The notes below the pieces were generated by a model. It had not been told where the DNA came from and ran no database searches. It saw nothing but the letters and a program-made list of their open reading frames with translations. Below are positions 29,057-38,564 of a DNA stretch of 41,933 nucleotides, in pieces. The translations under genes and the position numbers were made by a program. Position 1 is the stretch's first letter; each line of letters starts with the position of its first letter. This DNA is from an uncultured Eubacteriales bacterium (GTDB lineage: Bacteria > Bacillota > Clostridia > Peptostreptococcales > Anaerovoracaceae), in contig CACYBO010000080.1 in the NCBI GenBank assembly GCA_902772685.1, forward strand, positions 1 through 41,933, in the 5' to 3' direction.

Positions 29057-30355
29057 TTACTGCATCATCGCAGTATGTCCATTCTGATTCGGGTTCGGGC
29101 AGGAGCAGATAATGTCTCCTCTCTTCAGATGTTTTTTTATGTTGGAGCGCTTAAAATAAGACGGGCGCTTTGATTTCGGAATATAAATGATCTCAAATGG
29201 TTTCAGCATTCCTTTTCTTGCATATTCCCTGTTGACCTGATTGATCGCTTTCTCAAGCTGATGGTATTCCACGTTGACAGACCCGCAGTAATATTTATAG
29301 GCGTTCTTGTTGTATGGTTTTCTCCATTTCAGCGAGAGTTTGGTATTCATATCGATATAGAGCCAATAACCTGCCAGCAGTGTAGGCGTACAGGATGTAT
29401 CCGCCTTCTTTTTGATTTTTTTGATTTTTTTCAGTTCCTGCGGAGTAGGATTTCTTCCTACCGTTTTTCGTACCACCTTATAGATGGATGCCCTTCGGTT
29501 GACCCTCTTCTGATTCCTCGGAAAGCAAGCCTGATACCCAAAGTTTTTGTTCCCCACGATGTATTTCACCGCGATTGCCGCATTGTTCGAAATATATGGA
29601 TCGGTGCATCTTATAATAAAGCACCAGCTCTTATGACTCCATCTCTTATGGTAGTAATACCTGCAGATGAACGATTCATCCCCTCTGCTGTCGCCTGATT
29701 TACCGTCCCAGTTGTTCTGGGAGTGCATCATCCTTCCGTTTGTGGTTTTATATGCGCTGACTCTCACCTGAACGGTTTTGCTCGCTGCATTATACTGACC
29801 TGTCTCTTGTGCTCTTATTGTGATTATCGCAACACCAACAGTATTCCTGGCCTTGACCTGTCCTGTTTCGGATACGGTCGCAATACTTGTGTTGCTGCAT
29901 TCATAGGTCAGATGTGTCTTAGCCGTTGCATTAAGCATGAACGGTTTGGCATTTTTGGCAACGCCATAGAGCGTCTGCGGTGTTTTTATCGTCTGATTTT
30001 CTTTGTTCACAGGTTCTGTCCGCTCCGATGGTTCCGCTGCCTCTGCCGGCTCAAGCACAGCTTCTGCATCCGGTTCTTCCGCTTCCTCTTTCTGTTCGTC
30101 ACCGCCGCTGTCAGGAACATCCTCCTGCGCATCCTTGCCTTCATCTGCAAGGTCTGCATCTGTCTGATCTGAAGGATCTTCGGATGATGCAGGTTCATTC
30201 GGGTCTGCAAAACCTTCTTTCTCATTCTCTGTACTTGCTAATGGTTCGTCATTTGATCCCGCGCTGCCGGCACTGATGTCCTCAAGTTGAAATGAAAAAC
30301 TGAAGACAACGCCAACTACTGCAGCGCACACAATTGCTGTCATTCTTTTCAGCAT
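29057..30355 (-). CDS. Secreted protein with acidic linker, Big_2-like Ig domain and C-terminal NlpC/P60-like Cys/His domain (paralog of the downstream gene)
   Basis: Signal peptide; YECSNTSIATVSETGQV Ig-like motif; DGKSGDSRGDE...NKNFGY...DTSC...LKRGDII...GHT. Confidence 0.62.
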   Translation of the reverse strand: MLKRMTAIVCAAVVGVVFSFSFQLEDISAGSAGSNDEPLASTENEKEGFADPNEPASSEDPSDQTDADLADEGKDAQEDVPDSGGDEQKEEAEEPDAEAVLEPAEAAEPSERTEPVNKENQTIKTPQTLYGVAKNAKPFMLNATAKTHLTYECSNTSIATVSETGQVKARNTVGVAIITIRAQETGQYNAASKTVQVRVSAYKTTNGRMMHSQNNWDGKSGDSRGDESFICRYYYHKRWSHKSWCFIIRCTDPYISNNAAIAVKYIVGNKNFGYQACFPRNQKRVNRRASIYKVVRKTVGRNPTPQELKKIKKIKKKADTSCTPTLLAGYWLYIDMNTKLSLKWRKPYNKNAYKYYCGSVNVEYHQLEKAINQVNREYARKGMLKPFEIIYIPKSKRPSYFKRSNIKKHLKRGDIICSCPNPNQNGHTAMMQ

Positions 30356-30452
30356 AACTAGTCTATCTTCTCTGTCTTCCTTCTGTCGCTGTAACTTTGG
30401 TTGCCACTGTCACTATAGCATACCGTCGGTTATTAGAACCCGCCCCTTCATG

Positions 30453-30472
30453 TTTTATGCACTTTTTATGCA
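30453..30472. promoter_or_regulatory. Direct repeat TTTTATGCA x2 (11-bp period) in the divergent promoter region; candidate regulator site
   Basis: ttttatgca-ct-ttttatgca ends 12 nt before the TTGACA at 30485. Confidence 0.4.
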
Positions 30473-30484
30473 TTCCTTCGTTCG

Positions 30485-30513
30485 TTGACAAAAAATGCGG
30501 TTTTTGCTAACAT
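30485..30513 (+). promoter_or_regulatory. Sigma-A-type promoter of the plus-strand four-gene operon
   Basis: TTGACA-17 nt-TAACAT with a TG extension. Confidence 0.7.
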
Positions 30514-30568
30514 TACTATGTATAGTTGTGTGCCTGGCAGGACAAACAAATCAGGAGAATCATCAATC

Positions 30569-31876
30569 ATGAACTTTCAGAAAAAATTTAAGAACGTCTA
30601 TACTTTCTTCTATCTCATGGGCATGAACAAGGATTTTGACGGAGACCCCGCTAAAATCAAGGAAGATCAGAACAGAAGAGTCCATGAGCTCATGAAGTGT
30701 GCCTATAAAGTACCTTTTTACAGAGAGAAATTTGAACAGACCGGCACTACGCCCGATGACTATCACTGCGGCGAAGATCTGGTCAAGTTTCCGACTATAG
30801 ATAAAACCCAGCTGAGGCTGTTCATGCAGAAGGCTTATGAAGACCATCCTAAGGAGAGAGACTCCTGGCAGGTTCTCAGAACAAGCGGTTCCTCCGGAAC
30901 GCCTCTGACAGTCGTTCAGACACATAAGGAGCACGCCCGCAGCAACGCCAACTGGATACGGGAACTGGAGGTTGCAGGATACAGACCTCTCCGGGGCAAA
31001 ATGTACTCCTTCCAGACGAGCCACAAGGCGTCGACCGCCGGCAAGAACGACTCGTTCATCCAGAGTCTCGGGCTCATGAGACGTAAGGTCGTTACAGAGG
31101 ACAGCATCGTAGGCGACGGAATTGCGGACACCATCCGCGATATCAATGAATACAAACCGGACATGCTGGTTCTCAGGCGCAACTGCCTGGTCAGAATCGC
31201 CATGTACGCCAAGCAGCATAATATGGAGCTGTGGAAACCAACCTTCTACGTTCCTGTTGCTGAGAAGGTTGATGATGTTACCAGAAACCTGCTCAATGAG
31301 TGCCTCGGTCCCGGACTGATCGACGCATATGGAAGTACGGAATCCGGAAACTGCATCATCAAATATCCGGGTAAGGATTTCTATTATGTCGTAAACGATG
31401 TGGTAGTTGCCAATGTTTATGATGAAAACGACCAGCTGGCTGACAAAGGCAGACTGATACTCACAAATCTCTACAAGAAGACCTTCCCGATCATCAATTA
31501 TGATATCGGCGATTCAGCGGAGTCCTACGTTAAGGACGGTCTGCGTTACTTCACAAACATCAGCGGGCGTCTGAACGATCTGGTCAAGCATGAAGACGGC
31601 GTCGAATCATCGGCTTACCATCTTATGAAGATCGCTAACGGAACAGTAGGCGTTGCCCAATACAGATTCACGCAGGAGTCATATCACGATATGCTCATCC
31701 AGCTGGCGCTCGATCCTAACAACACTTCCAAAACCAAGGAAGAAATTGAGGATCACTTCGTATCCTCCGTCAGGAAGCTGTTCGGTGATGAATTCAATAT
31801 CCGGGTTGAGTGGCTGGATATTCTCCCTCCTGACGAGACGGGCAAACAGCGCTGCTTCGTATGCAAAGTCAAATAG
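30569..31876 (+). CDS. Adenylate-forming enzyme, phenylacetate-CoA ligase/F390-synthetase/CapK-like
   Basis: TSGSSGTP, YGSTE, YDIGD, GRLND, GKQR motifs. Start moved to ATG 30569 after AGGAG, because the track's TTG start is the -35 box. Confidence 0.82.
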   Translation: MNFQKKFKNVYTFFYLMGMNKDFDGDPAKIKEDQNRRVHELMKCAYKVPFYREKFEQTGTTPDDYHCGEDLVKFPTIDKTQLRLFMQKAYEDHPKERDSWQVLRTSGSSGTPLTVVQTHKEHARSNANWIRELEVAGYRPLRGKMYSFQTSHKASTAGKNDSFIQSLGLMRRKVVTEDSIVGDGIADTIRDINEYKPDMLVLRRNCLVRIAMYAKQHNMELWKPTFYVPVAEKVDDVTRNLLNECLGPGLIDAYGSTESGNCIIKYPGKDFYYVVNDVVVANVYDENDQLADKGRLILTNLYKKTFPIINYDIGDSAESYVKDGLRYFTNISGRLNDLVKHEDGVESSAYHLMKIANGTVGVAQYRFTQESYHDMLIQLALDPNNTSKTKEEIEDHFVSSVRKLFGDEFNIRVEWLDILPPDETGKQRCFVCKVK

Positions 31877-31896
31877 TACAAAGGACCGGCAACATT

Positions 31897-32847
31897 ATGA
31901 TGATTTCTTTTATAATTCCCTGCTACAGATCTGCGAAGACTCTCGGGAATGTAGTTGACAACATCGAAGAGATGATGTCAAAACAAACAGAATATGAATC
32001 TGAAATCGTTCTTGTAAACGACGGCTCCCCCGATGACACGTTTGCGGTCATCAGGGATCTGGTCAGCAAGTACGACAACATCACAGGCATTGATTTTGCG
32101 AAGAACAGGGGCCAGCAGAGTGCGATCATGGCCGCTATCAAATACTCAAAAGGCGAAATCGTCGCATGCTGCGATGACGATGGCCAGACGCCTATAGAAA
32201 CTGTCTTTGAATTCATCGACAGCATGAAGGAAAACAATTACGATGTCGTCTGCGCCAACTATGTGAACCGCGGCAAGCGGAGTCTCTTCAGGAGATTCGG
32301 CAGCTGGCTGAACGATCAGATGTCGATCTACTTCCTCGAAAAGCCTAAGGATGTCAATACATCCGTCTACTTTGTGGCGAAGCGCTTCGTCGCCGAGGAG
32401 ATGGCGAAATACGACAATCCTTATCCTTATATCACGGGACTTCTTCTCAGGACGACCGGTAAAATCGGAAATGTGGATGTTGAACAGAAGAAGCGAATGG
32501 CCGGTGAATCCGGGTATAACTTCAAGAGACTGTTCTCCCTGTGGATCAACGGCATTACGACGTTTTCCATTAAACCTCTGCGTCTGGCGAACTTCATCGG
32601 TATGGGGCTTGCGCTCATCGGTTTCGTGATCATCGTCGTTCTGGTTATCCAGAGGATTATGAATCCTCATGTGTCACTGGGATGGACATCCATCATCGCA
32701 ACCAACCTCCTGATCGGAGGAATCATCATGATGATTCTGGGACTGATCGGTGAATATATAGGACGAATCTATATCTGTCTCAACAAGACGCCGCAGTACG
32801 TGGAACGTACCGTCATAGGCAGGAACAGCGAGGACCAGAACAGATGA
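31897..32847 (+). CDS. GT2 polyprenyl-phosphate glycosyltransferase (GtrB/ArnC-like)
   Basis: SFIIPCY, VNDGSPD, NRGQQSAI, CDDDGQTP, two C-terminal TM helices, GLIGEYIGRIY. Confidence 0.88.
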   Translation: MMISFIIPCYRSAKTLGNVVDNIEEMMSKQTEYESEIVLVNDGSPDDTFAVIRDLVSKYDNITGIDFAKNRGQQSAIMAAIKYSKGEIVACCDDDGQTPIETVFEFIDSMKENNYDVVCANYVNRGKRSLFRRFGSWLNDQMSIYFLEKPKDVNTSVYFVAKRFVAEEMAKYDNPYPYITGLLLRTTGKIGNVDVEQKKRMAGESGYNFKRLFSLWINGITTFSIKPLRLANFIGMGLALIGFVIIVVLVIQRIMNPHVSLGWTSIIATNLLIGGIIMMILGLIGEYIGRIYICLNKTPQYVERTVIGRNSEDQNR

Positions 32848-34070
32848 AAAAACTGATGATCGTAGGGGCCGGTGTATACCAGGTCCCTATTATTGAAAAA
32901 GCAAAAAAACGCGGACTTTACACCATAGCCATTTCACCGTACGGCGACTATCCCGGTCTGGCTGCAGCCGATAAAACATACGATCTGGATGTTCGTGATG
33001 AAGAAGGCATTCTGAAGGCCGCCATCCAAGAGAAAATAGACGGCATCATTACAGATCAGACCGACATGGCAATGCGGTCTGTTGCTTATGTTGCCGAAAA
33101 ACTGGGCCTGCCCGGCATCGGGTACGAGTGCGCTAAACTCTTTACTGACAAGTACGCAATGCGCATGAAGAGTGAGGAACTCGGACTTCCCTCCATCAAA
33201 TGCGCAACTGTCGAGTCGTATGAAGAAGCAGAAGAGTTTTTCTCATCACTCCAATCCAGCGTCATACTGAAACCTGTCGATAATCAGGGCAGCCGCGGTG
33301 TCTGCAGAGCCGATGATACTGCGCAGCTTAGAGATGCCTTCAGCGAGGCACAGAAGTACTCTGCCTCCGGGCATGTCATCATCGAGCAGTTCATTGAAGG
33401 CGATGAATATGAAGTAGATTCTATCGTAATCGACGGACACGAACACACTCTCATGTATGGGGATATTGTTCTTTTTGATCTCCCGGATGTGTTCTCTTCC
33501 TCTACCAGAATGTACCCTTCCTGCCGCGATCCGGAGGTGGTAAATCGTCTCCTGAAACTGAACCGGGACACCATTGAAGGGTTCGGGCTCAAGTGCGGTC
33601 TCACCCACAGCGAATACATCGCAGACGCAAACGGACAGCCCTACCTCATTGAAGCAGCCGCGCGGGGCGGCGGTGCTTTTGTTTCATCCGATATCACTCT
33701 GCTTCAGACCGGTCTTGACACTTCGGAGTATCTGATCGATATGGCCCTCGGCGAGCCTGTAAACGCAGATGCCATAGGAAGCAATCTGTGCCACTGCGGT
33801 ACGCTTTCCTTTTATCTGCCGGAGGGAACTGTTGTGAAGGCGGACGGCATCGAAGAGGCCCTCGCTCTGAATTTTGTCAGTGCCAGCCTTATAGGTGAAA
33901 TCACAGTCGGCATGAAGACAGAAGCTTTTTCGGACAAGACATCCCGCTTCATATCTGTTCTCCGGGCTGATTCAAGAGAGGAACTGGAGGAGAACTACCG
34001 GACATTCAGAAAGACATTGGACATAGAAGTCGAAACTGACGACGGCATCAAGGGTCCAATTTGGAAATAA
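32844..34070 (+). CDS. ATP-grasp ligase (amino acid ligase-like)
   Basis: IVGAGVYQ, TDKYAMR, LKPVDNQGSRGV, IEQFIEGDE, HSEY, LIEAAARGGG. Confidence 0.85.
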   Translation: MKKLMIVGAGVYQVPIIEKAKKRGLYTIAISPYGDYPGLAAADKTYDLDVRDEEGILKAAIQEKIDGIITDQTDMAMRSVAYVAEKLGLPGIGYECAKLFTDKYAMRMKSEELGLPSIKCATVESYEEAEEFFSSLQSSVILKPVDNQGSRGVCRADDTAQLRDAFSEAQKYSASGHVIIEQFIEGDEYEVDSIVIDGHEHTLMYGDIVLFDLPDVFSSSTRMYPSCRDPEVVNRLLKLNRDTIEGFGLKCGLTHSEYIADANGQPYLIEAAARGGGAFVSSDITLLQTGLDTSEYLIDMALGEPVNADAIGSNLCHCGTLSFYLPEGTVVKADGIEEALALNFVSASLIGEITVGMKTEAFSDKTSRFISVLRADSREELEENYRTFRKTLDIEVETDDGIKGPIWK

Positions 34071-34085
34071 CAAAGGAGAAATAAC

Positions 34086-35312
34086 TTGAAAAAACTGATG
34101 ATACTCGGCGCAGGTACCTACCAGGTCGATCTGATAAAAAAGAGCAAAGAACTGGGGCATGAGACCATCGTCGTCTCCCCCGGGGACTACCCCGGCATGA
34201 AGTACGCGGACAAGGTCCTCGATGTCAACATCCTGGATCATGAAGCAGTCCACGAGGCTGCCCGAAGGGAACAGGTCGACGGCATTATTTCCGACCAGAC
34301 GGATATGGCCGTTTACTCCATCGCTTATGCCTGTGAGAAGCTGGGGCTTCCCGGCAACGGCACTGAAGTCGCGTCCCTCTTTATCGATAAGCATCTCATG
34401 CGCGTCCGCTGCCAGCAGCTCGGGCTTCCTACGATTCCTTCTGAGCAGGTATCTTCTTTTGATGAGGCTATGGAATCGCTTGGACGCATCGGTCTTCCGG
34501 CGATCATCAAACCGGTTGACAGCGGCGGAAGCAAAGGCGTCACCCGCATTGATACGACCGACGATCTGAAAGCACATTATGAAGAGGCTGCCGGCTTCTC
34601 AGGAAACGGCAAGGTCATCGTCGAAAAATTCATAACCGGAAGAGAATTTGAAGTGGACTCCATCGCTGTCGGCGGAGACGTCCGGACGCTCATGTACGCC
34701 GATTTGAACGAGTTCAAAATCCCTAATATCTTCGCCTCTATGACGAGACTGTATCCTTCTGTAGCAGATCAGAAGACCGTGGACCGTCTGCTCGCTTACG
34801 ACAGAGCCGTTCTGGAGGGTTTCGGCATGGTTCAGGGTCTCACCCACAGCGAGTACATCATGGATGATGAAACAGGCGAGATCTATCTGATTGAAACTGC
34901 TCTGCGCGGCGGGGGAACTTACATCTCCTCACATATTGCGGAGCTTCAAACCCATATAAACACATCCCAGTTCCTGATCCAGATGGCTCTGGGGGAACTG
35001 GACGGTGTTCCTCAGTTTGAAACTGCACGCTGTCACAGCGGATATGTTGCGTTCTACCTGCCTCCGGGCAAAGTGGCTTCCCTGGAAGGAGTTTCTGCTG
35101 TAATGGATCTGCCGTTTGTGGCTAAGACCACAATGGAATCCCTCCGCGAGGGCGACGTAACCCGTGAGTTTCACGATAAACGCAACAGGCACGCCGTCAT
35201 CCTGAGCGGCTCTTCCCGCGAAGAACTGAACGAGAGAATCGAACAAGTAAAAAGCCTCCTGAAGATCCGTATCGAAACTCCAGAAGGCCTTCGCGGTCCT
35301 ATTTGGGAATAG
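34086..35312 (+). CDS. ATP-grasp ligase, tandem paralog of the upstream gene
   Basis: TTG start with AAGGAG; IKPVDSGGSKGV, VEKFITGRE, HSEY, LIETALRGGG; same length (408 aa). Confidence 0.85.
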   Translation: MKKLMILGAGTYQVDLIKKSKELGHETIVVSPGDYPGMKYADKVLDVNILDHEAVHEAARREQVDGIISDQTDMAVYSIAYACEKLGLPGNGTEVASLFIDKHLMRVRCQQLGLPTIPSEQVSSFDEAMESLGRIGLPAIIKPVDSGGSKGVTRIDTTDDLKAHYEEAAGFSGNGKVIVEKFITGREFEVDSIAVGGDVRTLMYADLNEFKIPNIFASMTRLYPSVADQKTVDRLLAYDRAVLEGFGMVQGLTHSEYIMDDETGEIYLIETALRGGGTYISSHIAELQTHINTSQFLIQMALGELDGVPQFETARCHSGYVAFYLPPGKVASLEGVSAVMDLPFVAKTTMESLREGDVTREFHDKRNRHAVILSGSSREELNERIEQVKSLLKIRIETPEGLRGPIWE

Positions 35313-35334
35313 CCTGCGCTGCAGCTGTCCCTTC

Positions 35335-35769
35335 TTATCTGTGGAAGCCCACGTGCTCCCCTTCGTAATACATCTTCAGACCGCCCTTAGGGGTGTAGAC
35401 GTAATCACACGGGAGTATTCCGTCTTCATCGACGAGAGTTACCTGTTCGCCGTTTCTGCTCCATGTACCGGTGACTTCTTCGCCCGTGACGACAGCTTTG
35501 TAGGTTCCATCTTCGTTAAAAGTGATCTCGAACCCGTCGAACATGTTCACGGCTTTGCCTGAGTCGGCGATCCATTTTCCGTAGAAGGACTGATCGTCAA
35601 TCGGTCTTCCGTCCACGTCAGTTCCTACTGTCGGATCCGTAATTGCCTGCGTCGTCGTAGTCGCATCATCGGAACCCTCAGATTCTGAATCCCCTGACCC
35701 GCATGCGCCGAATGCAAAGAGCATTACCAGTACCGCAATTACGGCGAAAAGTGTTTTTTTGTTTTTCAT
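35335..35769 (-). CDS. Small lipoprotein of unknown function
   Basis: MKNKK, hydrophobic stretch and FGAC lipobox; Ser/Thr linker; small beta-rich domain (YGKW, GTW). Confidence 0.75.
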   Translation of the reverse strand: MKNKKTLFAVIAVLVMLFAFGACGSGDSESEGSDDATTTTQAITDPTVGTDVDGRPIDDQSFYGKWIADSGKAVNMFDGFEITFNEDGTYKAVVTGEEVTGTWSRNGEQVTLVDEDGILPCDYVYTPKGGLKMYYEGEHVGFHR

Positions 35770-35785
35770 TATAAAACCTCCAATC

Positions 35786-38542
35786 TTACTTCCCTGTTGT
35801 CTTATTCAGGTTCTTTCTGCGTCTGAACAGGAGTCCCGTTCCGATAAGCGCCAGAAGCCCCACAGCGCTGGCTGCCAGTCCGACATCATGATACTTGTAC
35901 TCGTACTGCAGCACGATTTCATGCTTGCCAGCCGGCACCTCCACCCCTGCAAAGGCAATATTCACGTCGTTTATCCTGTCGGCTTCCTGTCCGTCCACAT
36001 ATAAATGCCAGTTGTTGTAGGAAGGAATCGAGAAGAATACGATACTCTCCTCGTCCACGTCCACAGTTCCCTTAACTGTTTCTTCGCTATATGATGATAT
36101 CACATATTTCTCATCTTCGCACTGCTGTGCGTATTTATCGTAATTTTCTGCCGACATGGCTGAAAGGTGAAGGTCATCAAAGGTGTACTCCCCTTCATCC
36201 TCCAGGACGACACGAATGGTGCCGCTGTAATTGTCGTAGTATCCCATGTTGAGATCGTAATCGCAGATGCCGGGTATTGTCTGATTGCTGGAATCATTCA
36301 TGGCAGTCTGCAGCAGTTTCTCATTCTGGCAGATTATCGTAATATCGTCCGATCCTTTTCTCTGAAGGTCATCAAATGATACGATCAGCTGGCTGTCCTT
36401 AACATCCTTTACCTCCAGATCAAAGCTGGCGTTGTCTTTGTCGGTCTTTATCGTGCCCCCGTCTTCACCTATTGTGACTTCGGCGCCGTCCGACCCTTTG
36501 ACTTCAAATGGCATCTCCGTAATATCCGTCTCGATATCCGCCGCCGTTACCTTCTGAACGTCTGTCTTCTCATCGTCCGGAACGACTGCCGCCTGCAGCA
36601 GAGCCTGCTCCCGTTCGAGGCGCGACAGTTTCAGGAACTCACTTTCGCTGATGCATTTGTCATATGCAAAACCAAGTCCGACATCGTATCTGTTCTCAAA
36701 GATATTTACTCCGTCGATGTTCTCACGGAATTCAAATCCGTGTCCGGCGTACTGATCGGATCCGAAATAACCGTTCTTCAGATCATCGCCCAGGAAGTAC
36801 TTGACCCCGACAAGGGTGTCGATGCCCATTCTGTTGTCATTTGACAGGACATATACTCTCTTCAGATATCCGTAATTGTTCCCGACGTCCTTGTTGAACT
36901 CGAGAAGTCTCGCCGGAAGTTTGGAATTATAAATGTACAGTGTCTTTGTCTGCCACCATGTATTCTCATTTGCCGGATACTTCATCTGGTGATGGAGCGT
37001 CAGACCATCCACCTGATCGATCCTGTAGAATCCGTCATCATCGATCATGTTTCCAACTCTCTGCGTCGACTGCTCAAGCTGCTGATTGATCTGGTTGTTC
37101 CGCAGGAAATCCTTGGCGTGGTGCAGGAAAGCCCAGTTCCACCCTACTATTATGGCGCCGAGGGTGAAGAATATGATCAGTTTCTCCCGGAAACCCGGTC
37201 TGCTGACGATCGCCTTGATGTCCAGTTTTATGCAGAGCAGAATCACCAGTCCGGCGAAGATGTTCCACGGAACAAAGAATGTCGCCGTAGGTCCGAATGT
37301 CACTGCATCTGTAAAAGGCGCGGCAAGAGTCCACAGCGCTGTCGCCGCAAGTGCGCACGCCATGATGATCATGCTGCTCCTCTGCCTGAGTTTCTCCATA
37401 TCAAATACATCCATGGCTGCCCAGACAGCGAAGAACAGGAATGTGAATGTCCATCTCAGTGTAGGATATCCAAAAGCGTTGAACATGCTGCAGAAGAACG
37501 GCAGCAGCATCATGATGAAGAGTATGATCGTCATCACGATGTGAGTCGACTTTCTGTTGATAAACCGGACTGCAACCGGAAGCAGCATGAGAACCAGAAC
37601 CGGCAGACCGATATCCAGATAATCGTCCGTCATGCCCCTTCCCAGAAGCCGTTCCCCGAAACCAATGTAGTAATTGATCCCGAAGAGAAGCGAGGATGTG
37701 TCCGTAGCGCTCTCCGTTGAGGAGCCGGACAGATCCGTAACTGAAGTGAGCATCGTAAAGGATGAAATCAGACAGCCGGCGATACCGTACAGAATGAATT
37801 TAACGATCCGCAGAGCAAAATCCTTGATGCTGAACTGATCGTGATACGCAAAGTACCTGAGGATGATATAAATGATGATCACGATTGCCGCCATGTAGGA
37901 GAAATAGAAATTCCTGATCATGTAGTACGCGACAACTGCGATGAAGAATATCGGGTTCCTGCCTTTGTACACCCAGTCCACCGACAGGACGAGCAGCGGG
38001 AACAGATACAGATTCAGCAGGAATGAACTCTGACAGAGCGCCACTTCGATGACCCAACCGGAAAAGGCGTAGCAGAGCGGTCCGAATATGCACTGCACAT
38101 CCTTCTGTCCGACAAACCTCATAAATGCCAGGAATGCCAGTCCGCCGAAGTACATCTTCAGAATTGTGGCAACGGTATATCCCAGCTCTATGTATCCCGC
38201 GGGGAACAGAGCAGCCAGGACCATAAACGGATCGATCAGATGCCCGATCGAAGTGTTCATTCCGAGGCCTTTGTTCCACGACCACATGTGGAACCCCTCT
38301 CCGTGCAGCAGATCTTCCAGCTGCTGTCTTACCTCGACCACCCAAAAGTAGGCCTGTTTATATCCGTCGCTGTACTGTATCACCGATTTATGCGCAAGCA
38401 CAAAAATAATAAACACACTGAGCGCGGTCCCCGCGAACAGCAGTGAATAAATCAGTACGATTTTTTTCGTCGACAATCTTTCAGTTGTAAGTCCGTTTTC
38501 TTGATTCATTCCCTTAAAAAAAGGCACTATGAACCACTTCAT
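35786..38542 (-). CDS. YfhO-family membrane protein (GT-C glycosyltransferase)
   Basis: DGYKQ after TM1, many TM helices, FYRID, extracytoplasmic domain, SIPSYNNW..VDG, AGKHEIVLQY, final TM. Start may be 38509. Confidence 0.85.
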   Translation of the reverse strand: MKWFIVPFFKGMNQENGLTTERLSTKKIVLIYSLLFAGTALSVFIIFVLAHKSVIQYSDGYKQAYFWVVEVRQQLEDLLHGEGFHMWSWNKGLGMNTSIGHLIDPFMVLAALFPAGYIELGYTVATILKMYFGGLAFLAFMRFVGQKDVQCIFGPLCYAFSGWVIEVALCQSSFLLNLYLFPLLVLSVDWVYKGRNPIFFIAVVAYYMIRNFYFSYMAAIVIIIYIILRYFAYHDQFSIKDFALRIVKFILYGIAGCLISSFTMLTSVTDLSGSSTESATDTSSLLFGINYYIGFGERLLGRGMTDDYLDIGLPVLVLMLLPVAVRFINRKSTHIVMTIILFIMMLLPFFCSMFNAFGYPTLRWTFTFLFFAVWAAMDVFDMEKLRQRSSMIIMACALAATALWTLAAPFTDAVTFGPTATFFVPWNIFAGLVILLCIKLDIKAIVSRPGFREKLIIFFTLGAIIVGWNWAFLHHAKDFLRNNQINQQLEQSTQRVGNMIDDDGFYRIDQVDGLTLHHQMKYPANENTWWQTKTLYIYNSKLPARLLEFNKDVGNNYGYLKRVYVLSNDNRMGIDTLVGVKYFLGDDLKNGYFGSDQYAGHGFEFRENIDGVNIFENRYDVGLGFAYDKCISESEFLKLSRLEREQALLQAAVVPDDEKTDVQKVTAADIETDITEMPFEVKGSDGAEVTIGEDGGTIKTDKDNASFDLEVKDVKDSQLIVSFDDLQRKGSDDITIICQNEKLLQTAMNDSSNQTIPGICDYDLNMGYYDNYSGTIRVVLEDEGEYTFDDLHLSAMSAENYDKYAQQCEDEKYVISSYSEETVKGTVDVDEESIVFFSIPSYNNWHLYVDGQEADRINDVNIAFAGVEVPAGKHEIVLQYEYKYHDVGLAASAVGLLALIGTGLLFRRRKNLNKTTGK

Positions 38543-38564
38543 AGTGCCTTCAACTCAACTGTTT

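Noticed and set aside
27443-30355. Prophage remnant suggested by lysin-like domains
   Set aside because: Both genes have signal peptides, and there are no holin, integrase or structural genes
35313-35334. Bidirectional terminator between the convergent genes
   Set aside because: No convincing stem-loop or U-tract in the 22-bp gap
36989-37720. 243-aa plus-strand ORF and other short ORFs inside the YfhO-family gene
   Set aside because: Antisense or alternative-frame shadows of a well-supported gene
38461-38522. T7/A7 homopolymers near the start of the YfhO-family gene as phase-variation tracts
   Set aside because: Too short and common in Lys/Phe codon runs; the frame is intact
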